A DNA stretch of 64,000 nucleotides from Candidatus Undinarchaeota archaeon (GCA_964527545.1 CAZGQF010000003.1:1461-65460); one strand, 5' to 3'; positions 34,498 through 44,123 are shown, numbered from the stretch's first letter. Made by a program: numbers and translations. The notes: generated from the letters alone by a model not told the origin.

Positions 34498-35457
34498 ATG
34501 GACAGGAACGAGCTGAGAGTCGACCCCTTCACCGGCGAGAAGGCCATCATCTCCGCTCAAAGGTCCAAGAGGCCGAGCGACTTCAAGGGCGAAAAAAAGG
34601 AGAGGGGGAAGACGAAGAGGGACGAGAGCTGCTTTTTCTGCCCGGGCAACGAGAAGACAACGCCGCCCACCATCGCGAAGAAGGGAGAGCCCTGGAGGAT
34701 AAGGGTCTTCGAAAACAAGTTCCCGGCCGCGACCACTGCGCACGACTTCAGCTTGAAAAGCGGCCTGCTCAAGAGTTCGCCGTCCTACGGCCACCACGAG
34801 ATCATAGTGGAGACAGACGAGCACTGGAAGCAGCCCCAGGACTTCAGCAGAGAAGAGATGAGGGAGCTCCTGGAGATGTACCAGTCGCGTGAGAAGGCAC
34901 AGTACGAGGACGAAAACGTGAAGAGCGTCCTCCTTTTCAGGAACCACCTCGAAGGGGGAGGGGCGTCGCTCGAGCATGCCCACTCCCAGCTGGTCTCGCT
35001 CCCCTTCGTCCACCCGCGCCTCGCGAAAAAGAGAGAGAGGTTCGAGGCTTTCGAGAAGAACAAGGGAGGATGCCTCTTCTGCCGAGTCGCGGAGCTGGAA
35101 AAGAAAGAGAGACTGGTCAAGGCGACAGAAAACTTCCTCGTCTTGGCGCCTTTCGCGTCCAGGTGGGCTTTCCAGACCCTCATTCTGCCGAAAAAGCACT
35201 CGCCGTTCTTCGGCGAAGCAGAGCTGGGAGAGCTCGATGCCCTCCTGCTCTCTCTCCTCAAGGCCTACGACGAGCTCTTCTCCGACCCGCCATACAACTT
35301 CTTCTTCCAGTCTGCCCAGGACGGCTTCCACTGGCATTTCGAGCTCTTCCCAGTGCTCCAGACGCCTGCAGGCCTGGAGAAGGGCGGAGACATCTTCATC
35401 AACACTATGCCGCCTGAAGACGCGGCCGAGTCGCTCGGGAAGGCGATGGAAGACTGA
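34498..35457 (+). CDS. galT: galactose-1-phosphate uridylyltransferase-family (GalT-type HIT superfamily) nucleotidyltransferase
   Basis: The zinc motif is CFFCPGNE and the active site is HAHSQL (HxHxQ). A second half-domain contains CLFCRV. Confidence 0.75.
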   Translation: MDRNELRVDPFTGEKAIISAQRSKRPSDFKGEKKERGKTKRDESCFFCPGNEKTTPPTIAKKGEPWRIRVFENKFPAATTAHDFSLKSGLLKSSPSYGHHEIIVETDEHWKQPQDFSREEMRELLEMYQSREKAQYEDENVKSVLLFRNHLEGGGASLEHAHSQLVSLPFVHPRLAKKRERFEAFEKNKGGCLFCRVAELEKKERLVKATENFLVLAPFASRWAFQTLILPKKHSPFFGEAELGELDALLLSLLKAYDELFSDPPYNFFFQSAQDGFHWHFELFPVLQTPAGLEKGGDIFINTMPPEDAAESLGKAMED

Positions 35458-35483
35458 AGCTTTTTATGTGAGATGGATGGGGT

Positions 35484-36518
35484 GTGGGCGTGAAGCTGGT
35501 CAAGGAGTCCATGGAGGCGGATTTCGACAGCGGAGTCTGGCGGGCCGAAGAGGCCTCGGGCCGGACATGGCAGTGGTGGTTCTGGCTCTTCTTCATAAGG
35601 GGCGGAGACAAGCCAAGACAGCTGATGACGCTCTGGTCCTGCAAGGAGTGCGACCACATCAAAGTCAACGACAAAGACATCTTCAAGAGCGGCCTTGTCG
35701 AGAGGGGGGAGGGGGAGGACCTCATGAACGGCGCGGCGGCGACCTGGTATTTCAACGGCTCCGGGATGCGCCACATAATCCACCCTGAAAAGGTGAGAGT
35801 GAGGCGGGGCGAGAGAAAAAAGCTGTTCACCGATGACGGGAGATATCTCTTCTCGAGCGAAGGAAAGGGGTTCAGGGTGTTGGGAAAAGAGCCTGAGTAC
35901 GATTTCAGGATCAAGCCGTCACTCAATGCCTCCCCGCTGAAGAGGGTGGACTACCCGCTCGGCCTCAACTTCAAGATAGCGAACATAGACAGGTGCGAAC
36001 TGAGCGGGACTTTGGAAGGAAAAGAGGTCGAGGGGACTGCCTACTTCCAGAAAGTGGTCTGCAACGCCCCTGCCACCAGCTGGTACTGGAACATCACCCA
36101 CTTCGAGAACGGCGCCAACTTCTCCTACTTCAAGCCGGTGGTCGGCGAGCAGAACTTCAACTTCTCAGACAGGCACAAGGGAACTCTCGACCTGACGCTG
36201 CACAAGAGCTGTCACCTGCAGCTCGACAAAAACAAGCTTTTCTTCCCCGATTTCACGCTGAGAAGGGAGGGCGGGGACCTCCCGACATGGAAGCTGAAAG
36301 GGAGGGGGGAGAAAGGAAGCATAGAGGTGGAGATAGAGTCCTACGCCAGGGCCTGCTGGAGGTTCCAGAGGCCGACTGCGAGGGTCTCCCCGGTGCTCCA
36401 CTACAACGAGTACCCCTGCCGCGTCACCAAGCTCGACTTCAACGGCGGCGACATCACCCTGGAGGACCTCGGAGAGGGGCTGGGCAACTGCGAGCACGCA
36501 TGGGGGCTGCTGCTTTGA
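35484..36518 (+). CDS. hypothetical protein (344 aa, Trp-rich N-terminus)
   Basis: GTG start. Contains TWQWWFWLFFIRGG. No family confidently recognised. Confidence 0.55.
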   Translation: MGVKLVKESMEADFDSGVWRAEEASGRTWQWWFWLFFIRGGDKPRQLMTLWSCKECDHIKVNDKDIFKSGLVERGEGEDLMNGAAATWYFNGSGMRHIIHPEKVRVRRGERKKLFTDDGRYLFSSEGKGFRVLGKEPEYDFRIKPSLNASPLKRVDYPLGLNFKIANIDRCELSGTLEGKEVEGTAYFQKVVCNAPATSWYWNITHFENGANFSYFKPVVGEQNFNFSDRHKGTLDLTLHKSCHLQLDKNKLFFPDFTLRREGGDLPTWKLKGRGEKGSIEVEIESYARACWRFQRPTARVSPVLHYNEYPCRVTKLDFNGGDITLEDLGEGLGNCEHAWGLLL

Positions 36519-36656
36519 GAGTGAGAGAAGCGGCGATTGCCGTTCTTTTCCTCTTCCTGGCGCAGACCTATCTCGCGGAGTCCAACTACTACGTCAGGAA
36601 GCAGATGACGGAACTCGCCCTGGCAGCGATCCTCGGGCTCTTCGTCGCAAAACTGG

Positions 36657-37217
36657 TCACTGATAGGCCTTGCACGCAATCTTCTTCCCCTTGAGGGCGT
36701 CGAAGACAGCCTCGACCGTCCAGGACTCCTCTTTCTTTTTGAGGTAGCTGATGAAGGGCCAGTTCTTCAGGACAAAGCTCCACGTGGAGGTGCCGAACTC
36801 CTCGTTGAAGATGGTGAAGGCGCTTGAGACGAGCCTGATGTGTGGCGCCTTCTTGGCCGCCCTCTTCAACTCCTTCTCCTTCTTCAGCAGCTTCAGCGCC
36901 TCGTCTTCAGAGAGGAACTCCTGGCTCTCCGCGAACTCGGCCTCTTCCTCCATCTCGCCAAGCTCCTTGTGGAGGTCCTTTCTCTCAGAGCTCCACTTCT
37001 TGCCGTCGAACTCGAGGAGGACCTGCCACGGCCTTTTCTTATCGTCGCAGACAAGCAGCTCGCCTTCGCAGAGGGTCTTCTTGTCTGTCCTCCGCCAGGC
37101 CATGTCAGAACTGAGGACTGCCCCGCCCAGCTCCGACAGGACCTCCGCCACCTCCTCGCCGGGGGCAGGGGTATCCTTGAGAAACTTGACCCTGCCGTCG
37201 TAGTTTTCACTTATCAC
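36657..37217 (-). CDS. hypothetical protein (186 aa)
   Basis: Last gene of the minus-strand pilin-GT4-HIT operon. It overlaps the HIT gene by 11 nt. No family recognised. Confidence 0.55.
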   Translation of the reverse strand: MISENYDGRVKFLKDTPAPGEEVAEVLSELGGAVLSSDMAWRRTDKKTLCEGELLVCDDKKRPWQVLLEFDGKKWSSERKDLHKELGEMEEEAEFAESQEFLSEDEALKLLKKEKELKRAAKKAPHIRLVSSAFTIFNEEFGTSTWSFVLKNWPFISYLKKKEESWTVEAVFDALKGKKIACKAYQ

Positions 37218-37608
37218 TCTTCAGCCTCTCCAGCACTTCGTCCATGGTCTCCTCCGGGAGCTCCCGCTTGTTGTCGAGGTCGGCAAGCGGTCCCATGAGG
37301 TCGTAGTCGTAGCGCGGTATCACGTGGATGTGGAAGTGGGGTATGGCCGCGGGCGCGGTGGTTATGTTGAATCCGTCGCTGTCCAGTCTCTCGACAGCCC
37401 TCTTTGCCATGGAGCGTGCCACCTTGAAGAGGTGGACCATCTCACCTTCCGGTATCTCAAACAGCTCCTCGTAGTGCTTTTTTGGGAGGATCAGCATGTG
37501 GCCCTCATTCACGGGGAAGGCGTCGAGGACAACCCTGCACTTTTCATCGGAGTAGACAGTCCAGGACTTCTCCTTTCCCTCGGCGATGTCACAGAATATG
37601 CAAGCCAT
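37207..37608 (-). CDS. HIT-family (histidine triad) nucleotide hydrolase/transferase
   Basis: Contains MACIFCDIAEGK and the histidine triad HFHIHVIP. Confidence 0.85.
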   Translation of the reverse strand: MACIFCDIAEGKEKSWTVYSDEKCRVVLDAFPVNEGHMLILPKKHYEELFEIPEGEMVHLFKVARSMAKRAVERLDSDGFNITTAPAAIPHFHIHVIPRYDYDLMGPLADLDNKRELPEETMDEVLERLKSDK

Positions 37609-37642
37609 GAAAGAACGCCTCAAAGGAGTTTTATATTGCTTC

Positions 37643-38326
37643 CTAATCGGCCAGCTCGCCTATGAGATGAAAGAGATCTTCCTCGCTCAGCTCGCCGCCC
37701 CGGCGGGAGACCCTCATCTTGCCGTTGGAGTTCAGGGCGACAGTGTGGAGGGCTCCGCTCGGCAGCGAGACCTTCGCCACCAGCTCCTTGACCTTGCCCT
37801 TCGACCTGAAACTCTTGAACGGCTTGGAAGAGGAGAGGCTGTCGCCCTTGAGCTGGAGGTCGCGCAGGTAGGGGTCCTCTATGGAGTGTATCCTCGCCTT
37901 TCTTACGTCTTCGGCCATCTCCACCAGCCTGTTCATGGCGATGGCGTCGAAAGACTGCCGAGTCAGGGAGCAGCCGAGTGCGGAGGCGACCTCCTCAACG
38001 ACCTCCTCGACCACGCTCGAGTTGGACGACTCCACAATCAGGAGGTCGAGCCTCACGTTGAACCTCAGTCGGAGAGTGTAGACTTTCTCGTAGGAGAGCT
38101 CCCTCTCAACGAGGCCGCCGTCGTAGCTCCGGAAGCTGATCGCCCTTTTCTTGGTGAAGAGAAAGTCGAACCTGGTCTCCTGGAGCACGTCGTCCCTCTC
38201 GCTCTTCACTATCCCCCTCTCCCCGTCGAACTTGAGCGGCGCTAGGCGCGAGCGGAGGGGAGTCGGGTCCATCAACGCCAGGTTCTCGGGCGTGTAGAGC
38301 CAGATTGTCTTGCTCCTCGCCATCAA
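37643..38326 (-). CDS. hypothetical protein (227 aa)
   Basis: There is a 4-nt overlap with the upstream GT4 gene. No family recognised. Confidence 0.55.
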   Translation of the reverse strand: MMARSKTIWLYTPENLALMDPTPLRSRLAPLKFDGERGIVKSERDDVLQETRFDFLFTKKRAISFRSYDGGLVERELSYEKVYTLRLRFNVRLDLLIVESSNSSVVEEVVEEVASALGCSLTRQSFDAIAMNRLVEMAEDVRKARIHSIEDPYLRDLQLKGDSLSSSKPFKSFRSKGKVKELVAKVSLPSGALHTVALNSNGKMRVSRRGGELSEEDLFHLIGELAD

Positions 38327-39453
38327 AGCGCCCCCCCGTAGACCGCCTTGGTCTTCTTCGCTATCTCGTCCCAGTCGAAGAGCCCTGCTCTCTTCCTCCC
38401 CTTCATTGAAAGCTCCTCGCGCAGGGCCTCGTCCTCAAGGAGCATGTCCAGCTTTTTCGCTATGTCGGTCGCGCTCTCCGGGTCGACCTTGAGGCCCGCT
38501 TCGCCGACCACATCTTTCATCCCGCCGACGTCCCCCACCACGACCGGCTTGCCCATCGCCATCCCCTCGAGAGCGACTATGCCGAACGGCTCGTACCTGG
38601 AGGGGAAGCAGCAGATGTCTGCGGCGGCGAGGAGGTCCAGCCTCTCCTCCTCGCTGACGAACTCGTTTTTGAAGACAACCCTGTCGGTGACGCCCGCCTC
38701 TGCTGCGAGGGACTTGAGGTGGCCTTCCCACCCCCCGACGCCGAGGACGACAAGGCGCGCATCGTGGTTGATCTTGCTCATCGCCAGTATCAGCTTGTCG
38801 ATCCCCTTCACCCAGTCGAGGCGGCCTATGAAGAGCACCAGCGGCTCCCCGGGCAGTCCCAGCTTCTTCCTCTCCACTTTTCGCGGGGAGAATTTCTCCA
38901 TGTCGATTCCGTTGGGCACGACCTCAATCTTCTCCTCCGGGAACTTCATCTTCACCAGCTCCGCCTTCATGAAGTCGCTGACGGTGATGACCTTGTCTGC
39001 CAGCCTACCCCCCATGTGCTCCAGCTTCCTGACAACGTCGGAGCCCCGGCCGCCGGTCCTGCCTTCCTCTGTCGAGTGCATCGTCAAGACGAACTTCTTG
39101 CCGCGGTTTTTGGCCAGCGCCCCGGCCAGGACTGAGAGCCAGTCGTGGCAGTGGACGACGTCGCCCTCTGCGAGGGCGGAGGCGAGTATGTTGAACTGGA
39201 GGTAGCGGGTCATGATGGAGGGGTCGCCCCACCTCTGGAGCTCCTCGGCGAGGAGGAAGTCCATGTAGTTGGCGTCGAACTGCCGCAGCCGCTTCACCTC
39301 CACGAAGCCCTCCATGCCGCTCTCCTCTCCCGGTGTCAGGACCTCGACCTTGTCGCCCAGCTTGGCCAGGGAGCGCGTCAGGTAGTAGCAGTGGACCCCG
39401 AGGCCGCCCACGGTGTTGGGCGGGAACTGCTCTGTCACGAAGCTCACGAACAT
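38323..39453 (-). CDS. family-4 (GT-B) glycosyltransferase
   Basis: The N-terminus is FPPNTVGGLGVHCYYLTRSLAKLGDKVEV. The EX7E-type region is PSRYEPFGIVALEGMAMGKPVV. Confidence 0.85.
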   Translation of the reverse strand: MFVSFVTEQFPPNTVGGLGVHCYYLTRSLAKLGDKVEVLTPGEESGMEGFVEVKRLRQFDANYMDFLLAEELQRWGDPSIMTRYLQFNILASALAEGDVVHCHDWLSVLAGALAKNRGKKFVLTMHSTEEGRTGGRGSDVVRKLEHMGGRLADKVITVSDFMKAELVKMKFPEEKIEVVPNGIDMEKFSPRKVERKKLGLPGEPLVLFIGRLDWVKGIDKLILAMSKINHDARLVVLGVGGWEGHLKSLAAEAGVTDRVVFKNEFVSEEERLDLLAAADICCFPSRYEPFGIVALEGMAMGKPVVVGDVGGMKDVVGEAGLKVDPESATDIAKKLDMLLEDEALREELSMKGRKRAGLFDWDEIAKKTKAVYGGAL

Positions 39454-39491
39454 GTAAGAGCCCTGACGCCCGAGAATTTAACCTTTGGGCC

Positions 39492-41099
39492 TCAAGCCGC
39501 CTGCCATGGCCCCACGTAGACAGGATCTGACCAGGAGTTGCCGTTCCAGACCGTCCAGCGCCAGGGGTTATTCGCACCCATCACGAAGGCGCCGTAGTCC
39601 ATGTCGATGGCGAAAAGGGTGTTGTCCGGAGTCTTCGAAATGGACGGGAGAAACTTGCCGCTCGCCTCCGGGAAGGTCTGGTTGGAGCTCCAAGTGCCGT
39701 CGTAGGTGAAGTAGAAGTCCCAGAACGTCGAACCTCCGTCGTGAGCCATGGCCGAACAGATCGACTTCCCCTCGTTGTCGTGGGCGACGCCCATAGGCAC
39801 GTACTCCGACCCCGATACAGACTCCACGGGCGTCCAGCCCTCGAAGTTGCCCTGATAGGTCCAGGAGGAACCGTCATAGGTAGCGTATTCGAAAACGAAG
39901 TAGTTTGTCTTGTTGGAAAGCACCCAAACCGCCATGGCATCACCGTTGTCGGCGAATGAGAGAAGAGGCCAGTAACCGAAGTTGAGGGCGTTGGCGTTCT
40001 CGACGTTGGGGTAGTTGGCGACGACGCCCTGGTCGTCCCAGGCGGAGCCGTCCCAGTGAGAGTAGAGAATCTTGTGGTTGTTGTGGGTCCCGAAGTCTGA
40101 TGTGTTCGCGTAGATGGCAAAACCAGAGTTGTCGGGAGCGAAAGCAAATGTAAGTCCGCTGTCCACACCCCAGTCCGTCAGGTTGTCTGGGTCAGAAGCA
40201 ACGCCGTCCTGAAGAGAAACCCACTGGGGCCTCCTGTTGAAGGACGGCCCCAATCTCCCTTCCCAGACGAACATAGCATTACCTGCAGAGTCGACGTCCG
40301 ACCAGGAGTCGACCAGTCCTCCTGAACCGACGTCGTATTGGCTGCTGAGGTTGGAGGGATACGACCAGCTCGAGCCGTCGTACTTGGAGTGAAAGCAGGA
40401 GCTCCAGTCTCCATTGTAGGAAGAGCCGGACACGATGTGGTTCCCGTTGGAGAGAAAAGAGGTCTGATGCAGTGTCGCAACCGAGGGGTCATCCGCGTCG
40501 GTGACATTCTCCGTGAAGTCGTAGGTGGTGCCGTTCCAGTCGTATCTCGCCAGCCAGCTGTCCTGGCCGATTCCTACGGGAAGCAGGAGGGGCCCAGGCA
40601 TTTCGTCATCGGTCGTCTCTTCCTCCCCCACACAGACTCCACCATAGCAGTTCTCGCCCGGGTAGCAGTCCGCATCTGAAGAACAGGACAACTTCGAAAG
40701 GTCGAGAGTCCGCGACGTCGAAGCCGCTCCCGAGATCTTGACTTCGCACCTTTCCGACGAGCAGGACGGCCGCTGCGTGAACTTGAGCACGGCACGACTG
40801 CGCTCCGCGAGAGTGTCAGAAGACGCGTTCACGTTGTAGGGGACGTTCTCGACGTAGACGGAGACTTGAGAAAGATCTATGGCCGACGCACCGACGTTCT
40901 TCACATAGATCCTGCCGCCTGCGGCCGACTCTATCTGGAGTGCTGCAAGAGATGTCTCGCCGAGCTGCTCGATCTGCGTGGAGCCGGACTCCTCCCCGCT
41001 CTCTGTGAAGCCCTGGTAGACGAAGTAGAAGCCGCCCGCCGCGGCCACGGCCATGAGAAGCAGGAGGACAATGGCGATGACTGGGGTGATGCCTCTCAC
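39492..41099 (-). CDS. large pilin-adhesin paralog 3
   Basis: GTG start. The N-terminus (M)RGITPVIAIVLLLLMAVAAAGGFYFVYQGFTESGEESGSTQIEQLGE... is near-identical to the genes at 9168 and 10842. The C-terminal repeats are YDWNGTTYDFTENVTD, KYDGSSWSYPSNLSS, HWDGSAWDDQG, TYDGSSWTYQGNFEG and VWNGNSWSDPVYV. It has no CG.G.C module. Confidence 0.8.
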   Translation of the reverse strand: MRGITPVIAIVLLLLMAVAAAGGFYFVYQGFTESGEESGSTQIEQLGETSLAALQIESAAGGRIYVKNVGASAIDLSQVSVYVENVPYNVNASSDTLAERSRAVLKFTQRPSCSSERCEVKISGAASTSRTLDLSKLSCSSDADCYPGENCYGGVCVGEEETTDDEMPGPLLLPVGIGQDSWLARYDWNGTTYDFTENVTDADDPSVATLHQTSFLSNGNHIVSGSSYNGDWSSCFHSKYDGSSWSYPSNLSSQYDVGSGGLVDSWSDVDSAGNAMFVWEGRLGPSFNRRPQWVSLQDGVASDPDNLTDWGVDSGLTFAFAPDNSGFAIYANTSDFGTHNNHKILYSHWDGSAWDDQGVVANYPNVENANALNFGYWPLLSFADNGDAMAVWVLSNKTNYFVFEYATYDGSSWTYQGNFEGWTPVESVSGSEYVPMGVAHDNEGKSICSAMAHDGGSTFWDFYFTYDGTWSSNQTFPEASGKFLPSISKTPDNTLFAIDMDYGAFVMGANNPWRWTVWNGNSWSDPVYVGPWQAA

Positions 41100-41392
41100 G
41101 CTCGGGCGGCTCGGCCGCCGCTAATATGTTTTTTCTCGGCGGCCATGGCAAATCTTATTAGGGAAGAGTGCGTAAGTGTGGCATGGCCGGACAGCACTCG
41201 TGGCCGTGGACCAACACAAAGGCCACAGCGCGAGAGCTGACAATTTTGCGTGATTGGGACCGCTTGGCCGCAGTAGTTGCCGGCAAGGGGTTCTACAATT
41301 TTGAGGGATGACCCCTCCGGGTGACCTCTCCTCTGACCTCCCAACTCCAACAAACGCGAAAAGCTGATAATGGCGTCCACTCTCTTTCACCT

Positions 41393-41602
41393 ATGCTGAA
41401 GAAGATTGGTTATCGCAAGATTGCCGGGAAGCCCCTCTTCAGGATAGTGGGCATCCTGGCCTTCCTCTCGTTCCTCTTCACGGCGACTGTCCCTTCGCTG
41501 ATCAGAGAGGGTATCCTCCAGGCACCGTTCCAGCTTCATTTCTGGGCCGCATATGTCTCCATCTCCCTGATGGTTCTCCACGTTGCCCTGATCAAGCTTT
41601 GA
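41393..41602 (+). CDS. small membrane protein (69 aa)
   Basis: MLKKIGYRKIAGKPLFRIVGILAFLSFLFTATV...WAAYVSISLMVLHVALIKL. It has two hydrophobic helices. Confidence 0.4.
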   Translation: MLKKIGYRKIAGKPLFRIVGILAFLSFLFTATVPSLIREGILQAPFQLHFWAAYVSISLMVLHVALIKL

Positions 41603-41606
41603 GTCT

Positions 41607-42452
41607 CTAGACGAGCTCGTCCATCAGGTCGTCCACATCCACGTCGCTTATGGGCTGGTGGACCAGCGAACTGTCGGCGATCTGCGGGAGGCCGTCGCCG
41701 TAGGTGGGCCGCTCCTCTCGATAAAATATACCGAGGGGGATGCCGTCCCACTCCTGTGCCTTCTCCCAGGCCGCGCCAAAGTCGGACGGGTCGTGGCCAG
41801 ACTCTTCAAGGAGGTATACTCTCTCGTTGTAGTAGTCGTAGCCGTAGCTTTTGTTGAAGGTTACGCAGGGCTGGAGGACGTCGACCAGGGCGATGCCGCG
41901 ATGGCCTATGGCCGCCTTCAGAGTCTCCTTGAAGTGGTCCATCTTCGCGGGATAGGCGCGGGAGACGAAGGTTGCGCCCGCCGCCAGCGCGAGAGCTATC
42001 GGGTTCATCGGCTTCTCCAGGACGCCGTGGGGCGTCGACTTGGTCTGGTGGCCCTGCTTGCTGGTCGGCGAGACCTGGCCTGTGGTGAGGCCGTAGATCA
42101 GGTTGTCGTGCCCTATCAATGTGATGTCGACGTTTCGCCTCATCGCGTGGATGAAGTGGCACGTCCCGATTCCGTAGGTGTCGCCGTCGCCAGCGTTGAC
42201 AACAACAGTCAGCTCGCGGTTGGCCAGCTTTATCGCTTGGGCGACTGGGAGGGCCCTGCCGTGGATCGACTCGAAGCCGTAGGTGTCAATGAAGTGGGGG
42301 AACTTTCCGTGGCAGCCGATGCCTGAGACGAAGACAGTCTTCTCCCAGGGGAGGCCGAGGTCGAGGACGACGTTTTTCACCGCGTTGAGGATGCCGAAGT
42401 TCCCGCAGCCCGGGCACCACTCCGGCTTGGCCCGGGTCTCTATCTCGGCCAT
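41607..42452 (-). CDS. korB: 2-oxoacid:ferredoxin oxidoreductase beta subunit (TPP-binding)
   Basis: Contains WCPGCGNFGI and the TPP motif GDGDTYGIG. Confidence 0.9.
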   Translation of the reverse strand: MAEIETRAKPEWCPGCGNFGILNAVKNVVLDLGLPWEKTVFVSGIGCHGKFPHFIDTYGFESIHGRALPVAQAIKLANRELTVVVNAGDGDTYGIGTCHFIHAMRRNVDITLIGHDNLIYGLTTGQVSPTSKQGHQTKSTPHGVLEKPMNPIALALAAGATFVSRAYPAKMDHFKETLKAAIGHRGIALVDVLQPCVTFNKSYGYDYYNERVYLLEESGHDPSDFGAAWEKAQEWDGIPLGIFYREERPTYGDGLPQIADSSLVHQPISDVDVDDLMDELV

Positions 42453-44123
42453 CTAGACCACCTCCTTAATCTTCTCTGCCAGCTTTGAGGGGAAGAAGGG
42501 GCGGCCGTCGAACTTCAGGACCTTGGCGTCGACCTTGAAGTCGAGGTACTCCTCCATCATCCCTGCCAGCTGGGCAGAGGCGTTGCACTCCACGTCCACG
42601 ACCTTCTTGCCCTCCAGGGCGTGGGCTATCTTCTCTGTCATCGGGAAGAGGTGCGTTATCTGAGTGAAGCTGACTTCGCCTCCGAGGAGCTCGAGCGCCT
42701 CCAGGATTGCGCCCTTTGTCGAGCCCCAGCCCACCACAGTCGTCTCCGCGTTTTCCGGACCAAACACTCTCGGTTCCGGCATTGCCAGCTTGATGGAGTC
42801 GAACTTCTTCAGCCTCTTCACGTACATCCTCGCGCACTGGAAGGCGTCCTCCGTGGTGAATCCCTCCTCGTCGTGCTCGTAGGATGTCGCCTTGAACATC
42901 CCGCCCTTCTGTCCGGGAAACCACCTAGGCGAGACTGAGTCGTCCGTGAAGGCGTATCGCTTGAGCCCCTCCGGGACGTCGCCCTCCACGACCTTTCCCC
43001 TGTCGACCACATGCTGGGAGGTGTCGAAGAAGAGCTCAGACTTGGCCGACTCTGCGAGGTGCTTGTCGCTCATGACGATGACTGGAACCTGGAATCTGTC
43101 GGCCAGGTTGAAGGCGTCGAAGGCGAGATGGAAAGCGTCCTTTGTGTCGCCTGGCGCCAGCACGATTCTCGGGAACTCGCCCTGCGAGGCGTTGACCACG
43201 AACTTGAGGTCTGCCTGGGAGGTCCATGTCGGCATCCCCGTGCTTGGGCCAGGCCTCTGGACCTCTGCGAGGACGAGGGGGAGCTCGGAGATCCCTGCGT
43301 TACCGAGGGCCTCCGTCATAAGGGCGAAGCCGCCGCCAGAGGTGGCGACCATCGCCCTCGCCCCAGCGTAGCTCGCGCCCAAAACCATGTTGATTGCCGC
43401 CAGCTCGTCCTCTGTGTGCTTGACCACGAGCGATTTCTCGCGCGCGTGAGAAGCCATGTAGTGGAGTATGGAAGAGGCGGGCGTCATCGGATAGGCGGCG
43501 TAGAACTTCATCCCTGCCTTGATGGCCCCCATGGAGAGAGCGTCGTTGCCTGTGAGGACCATTCTCTTCTCGCTCTCCCGTCTCGCAAGGTCGATGTGAA
43601 AGCTCTCCTCTTTCGCGAAGTCATGGCCTCTCCTCAAGGCCTCCACGTTCGCCTTCACCACTTTTTCACCCTTGTCGCGATAGGCGTCGGACAACGCTAT
43701 CTCAGCGAGGGAGAGGTCGTAGTTGAGGAGGGCGACGGTCACGCCGAGGGCGACAGAGTTGCGCATTATCTCTTTCCCTGCCAGCTCCTCGAGGGGGACT
43801 GGCAAGAGGCGCTTCTCACTCTTCGGAGAGAAAGAGTCGTCGTGGATGACGACGGACTCTTCAGCCATCTCCTCCGCGTGGACAGAGACGCTCTTCTCGT
43901 CGAGGGCAACGAGGATGTCCGTTCTCAGTACTGGGCCGAGCACCTCTTTTTCGGACGCGCGGACCTGGTAGGTGTTGTGGCCGCCCTTGATGAGGGACGG
44001 ATACTCGGGGTAGCAGAAGACGTTCCAGCCGCCTCGGGAGAGAGTCTTGGCGAAGACGAGGCCGGTGGTCATTATGCCATAGCCTGCAGGGCCTGCTATC
44101 TTCCAGGAGAGTTCTGTCGCCAT
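42453..44123 (-). CDS. korA: 2-oxoacid:ferredoxin oxidoreductase alpha subunit (gamma-alpha fusion)
   Basis: An N-terminal gamma-like domain (AGPAGYGIMTTG...KGGHNTYQVR) is followed by the alpha domain (AAYPMTPAS, GGGFALM). The start is placed at the ATG at 44123 (MATELSW). The track extension to 44270 is discarded. Confidence 0.9.
   Translation of the reverse strand: MATELSWKIAGPAGYGIMTTGLVFAKTLSRGGWNVFCYPEYPSLIKGGHNTYQVRASEKEVLGPVLRTDILVALDEKSVSVHAEEMAEESVVIHDDSFSPKSEKRLLPVPLEELAGKEIMRNSVALGVTVALLNYDLSLAEIALSDAYRDKGEKVVKANVEALRRGHDFAKEESFHIDLARRESEKRMVLTGNDALSMGAIKAGMKFYAAYPMTPASSILHYMASHAREKSLVVKHTEDELAAINMVLGASYAGARAMVATSGGGFALMTEALGNAGISELPLVLAEVQRPGPSTGMPTWTSQADLKFVVNASQGEFPRIVLAPGDTKDAFHLAFDAFNLADRFQVPVIVMSDKHLAESAKSELFFDTSQHVVDRGKVVEGDVPEGLKRYAFTDDSVSPRWFPGQKGGMFKATSYEHDEEGFTTEDAFQCARMYVKRLKKFDSIKLAMPEPRVFGPENAETTVVGWGSTKGAILEALELLGGEVSFTQITHLFPMTEKIAHALEGKKVVDVECNASAQLAGMMEEYLDFKVDAKVLKFDGRPFFPSKLAEKIKEVV

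Noticed and set aside
41290-41345. Possible C/D-box sRNA (ggATGAcccc...cCTGAcc) in the spacer upstream of pilin-adhesin 3.
   Set aside because: The C box is imperfect. The boxes are only about 24 nt apart, there are no C'/D' boxes, and there is no terminal stem.
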